DNA of 64,000 nucleotides from Patescibacteria group bacterium (lineage in GTDB: Bacteria > Patescibacteriota > Patescibacteriia > 2-12-FULL-57-11): NCBI GenBank assembly GCA_038054875.1, contig JBBUJK010000029.1, forward strand, positions 7,442 to 71,441. The letters are read 5' to 3'. Position numbers and translations under genes: made by a program. Positions 38,459 through 48,279 of this stretch are shown in pieces (positions within the stretch are counted from its first letter, which is position 1; every line of letters begins with the position of its first letter). The notes beneath the pieces are model-generated. The model made no database searches. It was not told where the DNA came from and worked only from the letters and a program-made list of their open reading frames with translations.

Positions 38459-39670
38459 ATGCCGCTTTTGTTTTTGGCGCAGAGCGCCGGATCGCCGTCC
38501 AAGACGTTTCGTATTTGCGGCCTGGCGCTCCTGCTCGGATTGGCTTTTGCGCCGTATCACGCCGTTCTCGCAGTCGGTGTCGGCGTGCTCGTCGTTGCCG
38601 CATGCCGCATGCCGCGTGCACGTCGCGTTCTTGCCGTCGCCGCAATCGTGTTTCTGATCGGCGCAATCCGACCGCGGGGGCCGACGATTGTGTTGCCGAC
38701 GGAGTCGTTTGCTTCCCTCCGCGCCGCGTCGGTACGCGCCGTGCGCCGGGCAGCGCCCGGGCCGGAAGGAACGCTCTTGCTTGGCATGAGCGTCGGCGAC
38801 ACCACCGACATGCCGCGCTGGTTGACGTTGCGATTCCGGCGCACCGGCACGTCGCATCTTCTTGCTGTCTCCGGCGCGAACGTTACGATCGCTGCAGGTA
38901 CTCTTGTTTCGATGTTGTTTGCCCTGCGATTGCGGCGCCGTGCGGTCGCGCTTGGTGCGGCGGTAGCAGTGTGCGCCTTCGCGCTTTTCGCCGGTGCGGA
39001 ACCGCCGGTCACGCGCGCCGCGTTCATGGCGCTGCTTGTTCTCACTGCGCGCGAACTCGGTCGCACACCGGACAGCGCCAACCTGCTCATCGCCGCAGCC
39101 TGCATCATGCTCGCCTTGGATCCTCGCGCAATCACGAGCGTCAGCTTCGCGCTGTCGTTCACGGCAACGGGCGGCTTGCTCTGGCTGACACCGCCGATCG
39201 CGGCCCGGTTCGAAACGATGCGCCTCGTCCGACGCGCGCCGGAGTTCTTACGCGGGACTGCTGCGGACGGACTCGCGGCGCAGCTCGCGACGCTTCCCAT
39301 TGCGTTGGGCACTTTTGGCACGTTCTCGGCCGTCTCGCCGCTTGCGAACATTCTGGCTGCGCCGTTTGTGCCGCTTTTGACCATCGGCGGGGGAGTGCTT
39401 CTTGCCGCCGCAGGCATCCAGCCAGACCTTGGGCGCGTCGTTGGTGTGTTTTTGGCTATCCCTGTCCGCGTGCTTCTCGTGCTTCTTGCGTGGTGTGACG
39501 CCGTACCAGGCGCGTTTCTCGCCGGCGGAAGCATCCCGCTTCCCCTCGCCGTTGCCTGGTATATTTTTCTCGCCGCGATCGTTGTCCGGGCCAGGGGCTT
39601 GGCGGATGACGGAAAAGCGCGTATGATTGGCGAAACCATTCCTCCCTTTGTATATGCCAAACACGATTGA
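38459..39670 (+). CDS. comEC: ComEC/Rec2 competence membrane protein
   Basis: FRRTGTSHLLAVSGAN, PPVTRAAFM, SFALSF, PLANIL. Confidence 0.9.
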   Translation: MPLLFLAQSAGSPSKTFRICGLALLLGLAFAPYHAVLAVGVGVLVVAACRMPRARRVLAVAAIVFLIGAIRPRGPTIVLPTESFASLRAASVRAVRRAAPGPEGTLLLGMSVGDTTDMPRWLTLRFRRTGTSHLLAVSGANVTIAAGTLVSMLFALRLRRRAVALGAAVAVCAFALFAGAEPPVTRAAFMALLVLTARELGRTPDSANLLIAAACIMLALDPRAITSVSFALSFTATGGLLWLTPPIAARFETMRLVRRAPEFLRGTAADGLAAQLATLPIALGTFGTFSAVSPLANILAAPFVPLLTIGGGVLLAAAGIQPDLGRVVGVFLAIPVRVLLVLLAWCDAVPGAFLAGGSIPLPLAVAWYIFLAAIVVRARGLADDGKARMIGETIPPFVYAKHD

Positions 39671-40112
39671 ACGGACCTGTATCATTCTTAAACCGGACGC
39701 ATTGCAGCGCAATCTGCTCGGCGATATCGTCCGTCGCTTCGAACTCAAGGGATTGAAGATCATCGGCATGAAGATGATCGCGCTCTCCGATGTACACCTG
39801 GACGAGCACTACGCCCATCACAAGGACAAGCCGTTCTTCGGCGATCTCAAGAAGTTCATGATGTCCTCGCCGGTCGTCGTCATGGCACTTGAGGGCGTGG
39901 ACTGTGTGAACGCGGTGCGTATCCTCGTCGGCAAGACGCGCGGCAACGAGGCGGATGCCGGATCCATTCGCGGCGACCTCTCCATGGGCACGATGAACCT
40001 GGTGCACGCCTCCGATTCTGCGGAGAACGGAGCTGCCGAGATTTCCCGTTTCTTTGCTCCAGAGGAAGTCTTCGCCTACAAGAAAATTGACGCCGACTTC
40101 ATCTACGGATAG
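39654..40112 (+). CDS. ndk: Nucleoside diphosphate kinase
   Basis: ERTCIILKPDA, GSIRGD, NLVHASDS. Confidence 0.97.
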   Translation: MPNTIERTCIILKPDALQRNLLGDIVRRFELKGLKIIGMKMIALSDVHLDEHYAHHKDKPFFGDLKKFMMSSPVVVMALEGVDCVNAVRILVGKTRGNEADAGSIRGDLSMGTMNLVHASDSAENGAAEISRFFAPEEVFAYKKIDADFIYG

Positions 40113-40205
40113 ATGCCTTGCCGCCGTTTTCTTTTGCTGGTAGGTTCATTTCTTCCGTCGCGCGGTGCGATGGGAGCATGCCATGCTGCATGAGAAGGAG
40201 ACGAC

Positions 40206-41525
40206 GTGGATGATGTGACAAAACAGGTGTTGCCGCGCTTCGACGAACCGCGGACGTTCGCGAAAAAAAAGGAACGGCCGCAGTTGCGGGCCGTGGACCC
40301 GCCCGGATACGAGGAGCTGCATCCCATCTGGCCGGTGACGGCGCAGGGGTTGCGCACCTACATGCGGCTTCTCGCGGACCGCGGCGAGTGCGTGTCCTAC
40401 CCGTACCTCCATAAGCAGCGTGTCTACGCCAAGCTGCTGGAGCGGCTCCAAGCGCTTTCATCAGGAGAGCGGCCGAAGTTCCTGGCGCAGCGTGTTCGGG
40501 AGACGTACCGCGTCGATGGCGGGCTCGACGATGACGGCGTCTACGACCTGATGCGGGAATGCCTGCAGACGGCACGTGACGCGGTCACGGAGTACAACGA
40601 GAAGTTCATCCCGGAACTCTTCCGCGCGCCCTTCACTTCGGAAGGGACGCTCGAGACGAAGGTCGATCCCGTTGAGATGATGTTGGAGATCGTGGACACG
40701 CCCTGGCTGCATCTTGATCCCGGCAACGCGCGCGACTACAAGCAGCGCATTCGCCTGTTCTCGATGCGACGCGATCTGGTACTGGGCGAGCGGCTGTTCG
40801 CCATCTGGCACAAGCTGCAGGACATGACGGCCGGGCGGCCGTTCGAGAAGTACATCACCGATGTGCTGGAAGAACGGTTCTTCACCCCAGGCGTGGAACG
40901 CCAATTCCAAGTCCGCGTCCTGATCGATCGCGAGACGGGCGATCCGCTCCGCGTACTCGGTCCGCAGGAATCAGCAGACGGCGGGGAGTTCATTCCCGTG
41001 CCCATGCCATGCCGCTACTTCAAGGATCGCTTCGGTCGCGAACTGCCGGTCTTCTTCGATCCCGGACAGAAGAAGCCGGACGAAGTGCTGTTCAAGATGA
41101 TGGAGCGCGGCATCACGGATCCGCTCAAGCTCCACGACTTGTTCCGTTTCCAGCTGGTGTTCCGGGATGAGTGCGAACTCGGCCTCGGCATCCAGGCGCT
41201 CGTGGAACGGGTGTTCCCGATGGTCGGCGCCATGAGCGACATCAAGGATACGCGGCGCGACAACGGCGATCGGGGAAATCCGATCTCGGCCAACGACTAC
41301 CGGGTCATCTACGTGGACTTCACCTACGGCGGATACGTCTTCGAAGGGCAGTTTCATGACTTCGAGAACTACGTTCGTTCGCGGTCCTCGAAGGGTCCGG
41401 TCAACCACCGGCAGTACAAGCGGCGGCGCGCAGGCAGGGTGTTGCCACTGCTGAATCCGGCGGAAATCTTCGGGGTGGATTGGGCGGATCCCGACATCGC
41501 CGCACAGGTGCTCGCCGGCGGGTAA
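40206..41525 (+). CDS. Hypothetical protein with RelA/SpoT-like nucleotidyltransferase C-terminal domain
   Basis: KKPDEVLFKM...LHDLFRFQLV...YRVIY...FEGQF; AAGGAG SD before GTG. Confidence 0.55.
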   Translation: MDDVTKQVLPRFDEPRTFAKKKERPQLRAVDPPGYEELHPIWPVTAQGLRTYMRLLADRGECVSYPYLHKQRVYAKLLERLQALSSGERPKFLAQRVRETYRVDGGLDDDGVYDLMRECLQTARDAVTEYNEKFIPELFRAPFTSEGTLETKVDPVEMMLEIVDTPWLHLDPGNARDYKQRIRLFSMRRDLVLGERLFAIWHKLQDMTAGRPFEKYITDVLEERFFTPGVERQFQVRVLIDRETGDPLRVLGPQESADGGEFIPVPMPCRYFKDRFGRELPVFFDPGQKKPDEVLFKMMERGITDPLKLHDLFRFQLVFRDECELGLGIQALVERVFPMVGAMSDIKDTRRDNGDRGNPISANDYRVIYVDFTYGGYVFEGQFHDFENYVRSRSSKGPVNHRQYKRRRAGRVLPLLNPAEIFGVDWADPDIAAQVLAGG

Positions 41526-41602
41526 TGCCGCGGCTCGCGGTCCGTATCAGGACCCCGGGCCGCCTTTTTTATTCCGGCCATTTCTGCTAGCATGTCCCGC
41601 GT

Positions 41603-43516
41603 ATGAAGAAACGAACTTTTCTCGCCGTCTTTCTCCTCGTGCTCGTCGCAGCTGTCGTGGGCGGACTGAACGCCTGGGCATTGTCGGCGCCCGCGGAGCG
41701 CGGCGTGCCGATCGCAACGGTAACGGTCGACGAAGGAGAGGCGTTCCTGCGGCACGGTGCCGGATCCTGGGAACCGGTCGCGGCCGATGCGGCGCTGGCC
41801 GAAGGAGATCAGGTGAAAACCAACATCAAGAGCCAGGCGACGATCAATTTCTTTGACGGCGCCACGGCACGGCTCGATGAGGACAGCGAAGTTGTCATAC
41901 GCGAGCTCACGATGGATGCGGATAATCATGCGAGTTCCCGCGTAACGCTCGCGGTGACTGCCGGGCGCGTCTGGTCGCGCGTCGTGAAAATTCTCGACCG
42001 CGATGCAACCTACAGCGTGCAATCCTCGACTGTTGTTGCCACGGTGCGCGGCACGACCTTTGTGGCTGATGTTTCGAGTCCTGACGGTGACGCCATGCAA
42101 GTCGCCGATGGTCTTGTCCGTGTTGCCCGCGCGCCGAACACACCCACGGAACCGGCTTGGGAAGACGTCCGCTCCGGCGAGGAAGCATGGATGCCAAAGA
42201 AGGGCGGGGTCGCCGCCGCAGACAAGCTGGTTCGTCGCGCCATGGCCGAGCGTTTTCGTAGCTCGGCGTGGTTCCGCAAGAACCAAGCCGCGGACGAAGT
42301 GTTTTTGAATTATGTGAAGCAGCAGCGTGAGCGGATTCTTTCCGGCGCTGCGCGGACCCTGCCGGGAACACCGCACCACGCGCTTCAGGGATTTGGTGAG
42401 CGGCTTCGCCTGGCGCTCACGACCGATTCCGATGCGCGGCGCAATTTGCGCATGGCATACGAGGACCGCCGTTTTGCGGAAACTGTGCTTTTGGCGCGCG
42501 CCGGCAAGACAGATGCGGCCATGCGTTCCTGGTCCCGCTACCTCGACGGGTTCCGCGCCATGCAGCGCGAGATCGGCGTCGGAAAGATGGAACAAAAGAA
42601 GACGCGCACGATTATTAAGCAGATGGTCGGCCGCATGGCTGAACACCGCATGCTCATCGCCGCCTTGAACGGCGAAGGGGTGCAGGTGCCGGACACGTTG
42701 CGCGACCGCATCATGGGCGAGCGTTCCGAGATGGGCGACATGCTGTCCGCGCTCCAGGTGATGGATCCGGATGCCTTCGGCACCGCAGTGCCGGTTCGCT
42801 TCCGTCCGCTTGATGCACCGCGCGTCGACACCGCGACCACGACGGAACCGACGGTCATTGATGATACGAAGAATCTTCCGACGACGAACACCAACACGAA
42901 TACCAACAAACCGGTCAACACGAACACGAACGTTCCGACGAATACGAACACGAATATTCCCGTGACCGGACCTACGGCACAATCGCTTGCCGTCATTGGC
43001 ACGCGCACGCTCATGAACATTCCGGACTCCCAGCAGTTCCGGGCGATGCTCTCGATGAGCGACGGCTCGACCAGCGACGTAACCGTCGACGCCCAGTGGG
43101 AACTTGTCGGCGACGCCATTGGGACGCTCGCGCGCGGCTATCTCACAACCGCGGCGCTTGGCAGCGCCAGCGTGCACGCCACGTATGCCGGCTTCACGGG
43201 CAGCTACAACATCCGCACCATCCAACAGGCGCCGACGCAGGCGACGCTCCAGAGCGTGACGGTTTCACCCGCCTCGGCATCGCTCAAGAACGGCCAGCAG
43301 CAGGCCTTCAGCGCCACTGCCTCGTACAGCGACGGCTCGACCCGCGATGTCACCGCTCAGGCAGCCTGGTCGCAGTCGAATCCGGCGGCCGGTACGCTCA
43401 CGGGGAACGTCTTCGTCGTGAGTTATCAGTTCCAGGCGCAAGCGACGACGATCACGGCACGCTACACCGACGGCATCACCGTCTCTGGAACGGCGAACGT
43501 GTCCGTTGGTCCGTAA
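41603..43516 (+). CDS. Exported FecR-domain protein with NT-rich linker and two Ig-like (Big_2-like) domains
   Basis: EGDQVKT, ATVRGTTF, TNTNTN linker, SDGSTxDVTxxAxW twice. Confidence 0.85.
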   Translation: MKKRTFLAVFLLVLVAAVVGGLNAWALSAPAERGVPIATVTVDEGEAFLRHGAGSWEPVAADAALAEGDQVKTNIKSQATINFFDGATARLDEDSEVVIRELTMDADNHASSRVTLAVTAGRVWSRVVKILDRDATYSVQSSTVVATVRGTTFVADVSSPDGDAMQVADGLVRVARAPNTPTEPAWEDVRSGEEAWMPKKGGVAAADKLVRRAMAERFRSSAWFRKNQAADEVFLNYVKQQRERILSGAARTLPGTPHHALQGFGERLRLALTTDSDARRNLRMAYEDRRFAETVLLARAGKTDAAMRSWSRYLDGFRAMQREIGVGKMEQKKTRTIIKQMVGRMAEHRMLIAALNGEGVQVPDTLRDRIMGERSEMGDMLSALQVMDPDAFGTAVPVRFRPLDAPRVDTATTTEPTVIDDTKNLPTTNTNTNTNKPVNTNTNVPTNTNTNIPVTGPTAQSLAVIGTRTLMNIPDSQQFRAMLSMSDGSTSDVTVDAQWELVGDAIGTLARGYLTTAALGSASVHATYAGFTGSYNIRTIQQAPTQATLQSVTVSPASASLKNGQQQAFSATASYSDGSTRDVTAQAAWSQSNPAAGTLTGNVFVVSYQFQAQATTITARYTDGITVSGTANVSVGP

Positions 43517-43520
43517 TCGT

Positions 43521-45512
43521 ATGGCACGCCTCGGTCCTTTCCGCGCCGTTCTCTTCACCGCCGCCCTCGCGGCGGTGTTGGTTGTGTGCGCGCGTCTCGG
43601 ATTTTTTCAGTCGGCGCAGAGACTCTTGTCCGACGCGTTGTTCATTGGGTATGCACCGCCGCAGAATATCGTGATCGTGGGTATCGACGACGCCTCGATC
43701 CGCGAGATCGGCCGCTTTCCCTGGCGGCGCAGCGTGCATGCCGCGCTCATCCAGAAACTCACCGAGTCCGGCGCCCGCGCCGTCGGCTACGACGTGAATT
43801 TTCCGGAACCAACCTGCGCAAAAGGGGAGACTGGCACGGCCTGTGGCGACGACGCCACACTCGCCGCTGCATTGCGCGAGGCGGGCAACGTCGTCCTGCC
43901 GCTTGAAGCAACGTTCGTGCAGACATCCGGCGAATCATCGCCCCTTGCCGTGCGGCCGATTGCGCCCATTCCAGAACTCACCGCTGTGGCGCCGCTCGGA
44001 TTTGTGAATACGCCGCCGGATGCTGATGGCGTCTTCCGCCGCGTGCCGCTGTCCGTGCGCGGCGTGTCTGCGGAGCGCAATCGGCCGATGTTCCGCGCCG
44101 TGCTCGAGACCGCCTTTCCCGGGCGGGAATTTTCGCAGACGGAAGGATCGTTCATCGTGAATTTCGCCGGGCCCAAGGGAACGTTCCGGACCGTCTCGTT
44201 CGCTGATGTGCTGAACGGCCGCTTCGACGCCACGATGTTTAAGGACGTCATCGTGCTTGTGGGCGCCACGGCACCGGATCTTCACGATGTGCTGACAACG
44301 CCCACGGCCAAACGCGACCCGATGTCCGGGATCGAAGTGCACGCCAACGCCATTGCCACGGAACTGTCCGGACACCACCTGCGTGATCTGCCGCCGCTCG
44401 TGCGTGATGCACTCATCGTATTGTTTTGCGCCTTGGCCGCGGCAACCATGCTGCGCCTGCGTTTACGCACGGCCTGGCTCATCGTCGGCGGCACGTTCGT
44501 CCTCTACATCCTGGCAATGCTCGCACTTTTCGACGCCGGCATTGTCGGCGATCTGTTCTACCCGCCGCTCGCGCTTGTGCTTGCCTCCGGTTTGACCATG
44601 GCCGAGCGCACGCTTCGGGAAAAGGCGGAACATCTGCGGACCCGCACCGTACTCGAACGCTACGTCTCCAGCGCCGTGGTGCGCGATCTCATGGCGCATC
44701 CGGAAAAGCTGGAACTCGGCGGCGAGCGTCGCGAGATGACCGTGCTCTTTTCCGACCTGCGTGGATTCACCTCCATTTCAGAAAAGCTGTCGCCGGAAGA
44801 TCTTGTTGCCGTGCTGAACATCTACCTCGATGTGATGACCGAACTCGTCTTCGCGCATGAGGGCGTGCTCGACAAATACATGGGCGACGCCATCATGGCC
44901 TTCTGGGGCGCGCCCTACGACGACGTGAAGCACGCCATGCATGCGGTTGAAACAGGACTTGCGATGCGCACGCGCCTGACCGAGATGAACGCGCGAGGCG
45001 CATTTCCGGAAGGTGTGATCTTGAAACTTGGCATCGGCGTCAACTCCGGGCAGATGGTCGTCGGCAACATGGGATCGAAGAATCGTTTCGACTACACCGT
45101 CATGGGCGACGCCGTAAATCTTGGCGCGCGGCTCGAGGGGTTGAATAAAGATTACGGCACAGAGGTCATTGTTTCCGAGAGCACCAAGAAATTGATCGGT
45201 CACGGCTATTTGCTGCGTCCGCTCGACCGCGTGGCGGTCAAAGGCAAGAAAGAGCCGATTGATATTTACGAAGTGGTCTGCGGCGCAAACGAAGCGAGCG
45301 ACGCCCAGAAGATGTTCGTGAAGCATTTCGCCGACGCGCGCGACCTCTACCTCGCCCGGAAGTTTTCGGACGCCCGTGACGCTTTCCATGTCATAGCCCA
45401 CGTCCGCACCGACGACCTCTCCCTCCAGAATTACATCGCGCGCTGCGAACAGTTCCTGGAAGTTCCGCCGCCTGCCGACTGGGATGGGACACTGGTGAAG
45501 AAGACGAAGTGA
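43521..45512 (+). CDS. CHASE2-domain adenylate/guanylate cyclase
   Basis: IVGIDDASI..GRFPWRRS, GIEVHAN, three TMs, FSDLRGFT, DKYMGDAIMA, GDAVNLGARLE. Confidence 0.93.
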   Translation: MARLGPFRAVLFTAALAAVLVVCARLGFFQSAQRLLSDALFIGYAPPQNIVIVGIDDASIREIGRFPWRRSVHAALIQKLTESGARAVGYDVNFPEPTCAKGETGTACGDDATLAAALREAGNVVLPLEATFVQTSGESSPLAVRPIAPIPELTAVAPLGFVNTPPDADGVFRRVPLSVRGVSAERNRPMFRAVLETAFPGREFSQTEGSFIVNFAGPKGTFRTVSFADVLNGRFDATMFKDVIVLVGATAPDLHDVLTTPTAKRDPMSGIEVHANAIATELSGHHLRDLPPLVRDALIVLFCALAAATMLRLRLRTAWLIVGGTFVLYILAMLALFDAGIVGDLFYPPLALVLASGLTMAERTLREKAEHLRTRTVLERYVSSAVVRDLMAHPEKLELGGERREMTVLFSDLRGFTSISEKLSPEDLVAVLNIYLDVMTELVFAHEGVLDKYMGDAIMAFWGAPYDDVKHAMHAVETGLAMRTRLTEMNARGAFPEGVILKLGIGVNSGQMVVGNMGSKNRFDYTVMGDAVNLGARLEGLNKDYGTEVIVSESTKKLIGHGYLLRPLDRVAVKGKKEPIDIYEVVCGANEASDAQKMFVKHFADARDLYLARKFSDARDAFHVIAHVRTDDLSLQNYIARCEQFLEVPPPADWDGTLVKKTK

Positions 45513-45834
45513 TCCTGCCGCGCCGCTCTTTAATACTGGACAAAGCGAGATATTCGGGCTATGTTGGGGGTAGCCTCATGTGCTCTCTGGCATTGGTTTC
45601 GGGACAATCCTACTTCATTGGGAGTCCCTTTCCGCGGTCTTTCTGACCAGGTCTCCGGGCTCGGCCGGGACGATACGCGCAAGGGATGCGGTCCCCGCAC
45701 CACGGGGAATCCACCGCGCCTTTTTATCCGTCGTCCGTGGACGTCGGATGCGGGCACCCACGTGGCTTTTAGCCGAAACCAGTATCAGCACGAGTCGTGA
45801 GGCCTTTAAGTTCCAAATACCGTAATCGCTTTTC

Positions 45835-47433
45835 ATGAATCCACAATCGTTTTCCGAACTCGGCTTGCCCCCGTTGCTTCTGAGGAACGTCGCCGCTGCA
45901 GCGTACGAATCTCCGACGCCGATTCAGGCGCAGGCGATTCCGCCGGGCATTGCCGGCCGTGACGTGGTGGGCATTGCCCAGACCGGCACCGGCAAGACCG
46001 CCGCGTTCGCCCTTCCCATGCTCATGCGCCTCGCAGGCAAGAAGGGAACCGTCGGACTGATCCTCGCGCCGACGCGTGAACTTGCGCTCCAGATTGATGA
46101 ATCGTTCACCAAGCTCGCCAAAGGCGTGCCGCTGCGCCGTGCCGTTGTGATCGGCGGCGCCGGCATGGGGCCGCAGACTGCCGCCCTGCGTTCCGGCGTC
46201 AACATTGTCATCGCCACGCCGGGCCGGTTGATCGACCATCTCGACCGCCGCATCGCCGACTTTTCCAAGCTTGAAATGATCGTGCTCGACGAAGCAGACC
46301 GCATGCTCGACATGGGATTCTGGCCGCAGATCCGTCGAATTTTTTCGGCGCTCCCCAAGCAACGCCAGACCATGCTTTTTTCGGCGACCATGCTGCCGGA
46401 AGTGGTGCAGCTCGCCAACCAGCAGCTGCATGATCCGGTGCGCATTGAGATCGCCCGGTCCGGACAGACCGCCGAAGGCATCACCCAGCGCATCTTCTTC
46501 GCCGACGACAAAATGAAAATGCCGCTTCTTCTGTGGTTGCTCGGCGAGGAGCCGGGATCGGTGCTCGTGTTCACGCGCACCAAGCATCGCGCCGACAAAG
46601 TGGCGCACCTGATTGCCAATGCCGGGCATAAGGTCGAACGCATCCACTCCAACCGCAGTCTGAACCAGCGTCTGCGCGCGCTTGAGGGTTTTAAGACCGG
46701 CAGGCATCGCATACTCGTGGCGACCGATATCGCCGCCCGTGGCATCGACGTCGCGAACATCGCGCATATCGTGAACTTCGATCTGCCGTCCGTTTCCGAG
46801 GACTACGTGCACCGTATTGGCCGCACCGCGCGCGCCACGGCGACCGGCCGAGCAACGAGCTTCGTCTCGCCGGATCAGCGGAAATTGCTTGGGCCGATCG
46901 AGCGGCTTATCCGCCAACAGATTCCGGTGGCACCGCTGCCCGAAGGTTTGCAGGCATTGGCCGGCTCTTCCGCCATGCCCGTCGACAGACAGCAGCGCGG
47001 ATTTCAGCGGCGCCCGCTGGCACCAACCCACCGTTCGGACATGGGCGGTGCGCAGCGCATGGCGTCGCCAGGATTCCGTCGTGGGGGAACGCCATCTGGT
47101 CCGCCGGATGAGAGCTGGGGCTTCATGCCCGGCACGTTGCGCGGCAAGCGCCGAGCTCAGCTCGGCTCCGGCCGCCCCGGCGGCCCGCCCCCGCGCCGCT
47201 ACGGCGCCGACCAGCGTCCACGTCCGAGCGGCGGGCAACAGTCGAGCTCAGCTCGACAACAGCAACCACCCCAGATCGACATGACCATTCCCGGCACCGG
47301 CGCATTTTGGGAAACGCGTCGCCCCATTGGTCCGGCGCCCGGCGCCCGTCCAGGTGGCCGCGGCGGTCGCGGCGGACAGAACAACCGCGGCGGACGTAGC
47401 GGAAGTGGCGGCGGACGCGGTCATCGTCGCTAA
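45835..47433 (+). CDS. DEAD-box RNA helicase (RhlE-like) with RGG-rich tail
   Basis: AQTGTGKT, PTRELA, DEAD, SAT, HRIGRTAR. Confidence 0.95.
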   Translation: MNPQSFSELGLPPLLLRNVAAAAYESPTPIQAQAIPPGIAGRDVVGIAQTGTGKTAAFALPMLMRLAGKKGTVGLILAPTRELALQIDESFTKLAKGVPLRRAVVIGGAGMGPQTAALRSGVNIVIATPGRLIDHLDRRIADFSKLEMIVLDEADRMLDMGFWPQIRRIFSALPKQRQTMLFSATMLPEVVQLANQQLHDPVRIEIARSGQTAEGITQRIFFADDKMKMPLLLWLLGEEPGSVLVFTRTKHRADKVAHLIANAGHKVERIHSNRSLNQRLRALEGFKTGRHRILVATDIAARGIDVANIAHIVNFDLPSVSEDYVHRIGRTARATATGRATSFVSPDQRKLLGPIERLIRQQIPVAPLPEGLQALAGSSAMPVDRQQRGFQRRPLAPTHRSDMGGAQRMASPGFRRGGTPSGPPDESWGFMPGTLRGKRRAQLGSGRPGGPPPRRYGADQRPRPSGGQQSSSARQQQPPQIDMTIPGTGAFWETRRPIGPAPGARPGGRGGRGGQNNRGGRSGSGGGRGHRR

Positions 47434-47442
47434 CACGTGCCT

Positions 47443-48113
47443 ATGGCACACCCTATTTCGGTCGGTTCGGCGTTTTCCCGCGGCTGGGAGGCTTTTGCCA
47501 AACGGCCGCTGTTCTTCGTCGGCGTGCTGCTTCTTGTTTTTGTCATCGGCGCAGCCCTGCAGATTCCGTCGGTCGTGATCGACGTGCTCACTCCGGACAA
47601 CGTCAAGAAGATCGATGCTGCTTCGCTACCGTTGTTCCTCATTGGCGGGTGGTTCACGCTGGTGTTCAGTCTGATCGGTTGGAGCGTACAGCACTCTCGA
47701 CCGGCGTGATGCAGTTGACCCTCGACGCTGCGGTCGGACGTCCGTACACGTTGAAGGCGCTCCTTGTGGAACCGAAAATTTTCTTGAATGCGATCTTAGC
47801 GTCGAGCATTGTCGGTATTCTCGTGCTCGTCGGCCTGCTCTTTTTCATCATCCCCGGTATCTATTTCAGCCTGGCATTTGCGCCGGTGATCTACGTCGTT
47901 CTGGACCAGAAGCTCGGACCGGTCGATGCAGTGCAGCGCTGCTGGAACCTGACCAAAGGCAACCGCGGTCGGATATTCCTGTTCGGTCTGGCTTCGTTCG
48001 GCATCAACCTGCTCGGCATCCTCGCGCTCGGCATCGGCTTGCTCGTCACGGCACCGTTCACCTGGCTGGCCATGGCCGACGTGTACCGGCAACTGGCGGA
48101 CAAGAAATCCTGA
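47443..48113 (+). pseudogene. Frameshifted membrane protein gene (or sequence error)
   Basis: Two overlapping hydrophobic ORFs join if one G is added at ~47691 (CAG GCA). Confidence 0.65.
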
Positions 48114-48116
48114 ATA

Positions 48117-48149
48117 CAAAATCCCCCTCCGGAAAGGAGGGGGATTTTG
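48117..48149. terminator. Bidirectional terminator
   Basis: CAAAATCCCCCTCC-GGAAA-GGAGGGGGATTTTG. Confidence 0.8.
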
Positions 48150-48223
48150 GTCGGGCTAGCGGGACTCGAACCCGCGGCCTCTTGCACCCCATGCAAGCGC
48201 GCTACCAGCTGCGCCATAGCCCG
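48148..48223 (-). tRNA. tRNA-Pro (GGG)
   Basis: Reverse complement cloverleaf; CTTGC-AT GGG GT-GCAAG; CCA. Confidence 0.95.
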
Positions 48224-48279
48224 AAGATGATGCGTGGGGAGTATAATGAAGGCAGAAGCATTCGTACATCCCCCACCCC

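Noticed and set aside
42880-42960. ACGAAC/ACCAAC tandem repeats
   Set aside because: They encode the Thr/Asn linker of the FecR protein; not a TR or an array.
45565-45834. Long structured leader of the DEAD-box helicase
   Set aside because: Long 5' UTRs are common for such helicases, and I found no second copy or recognisable motif.
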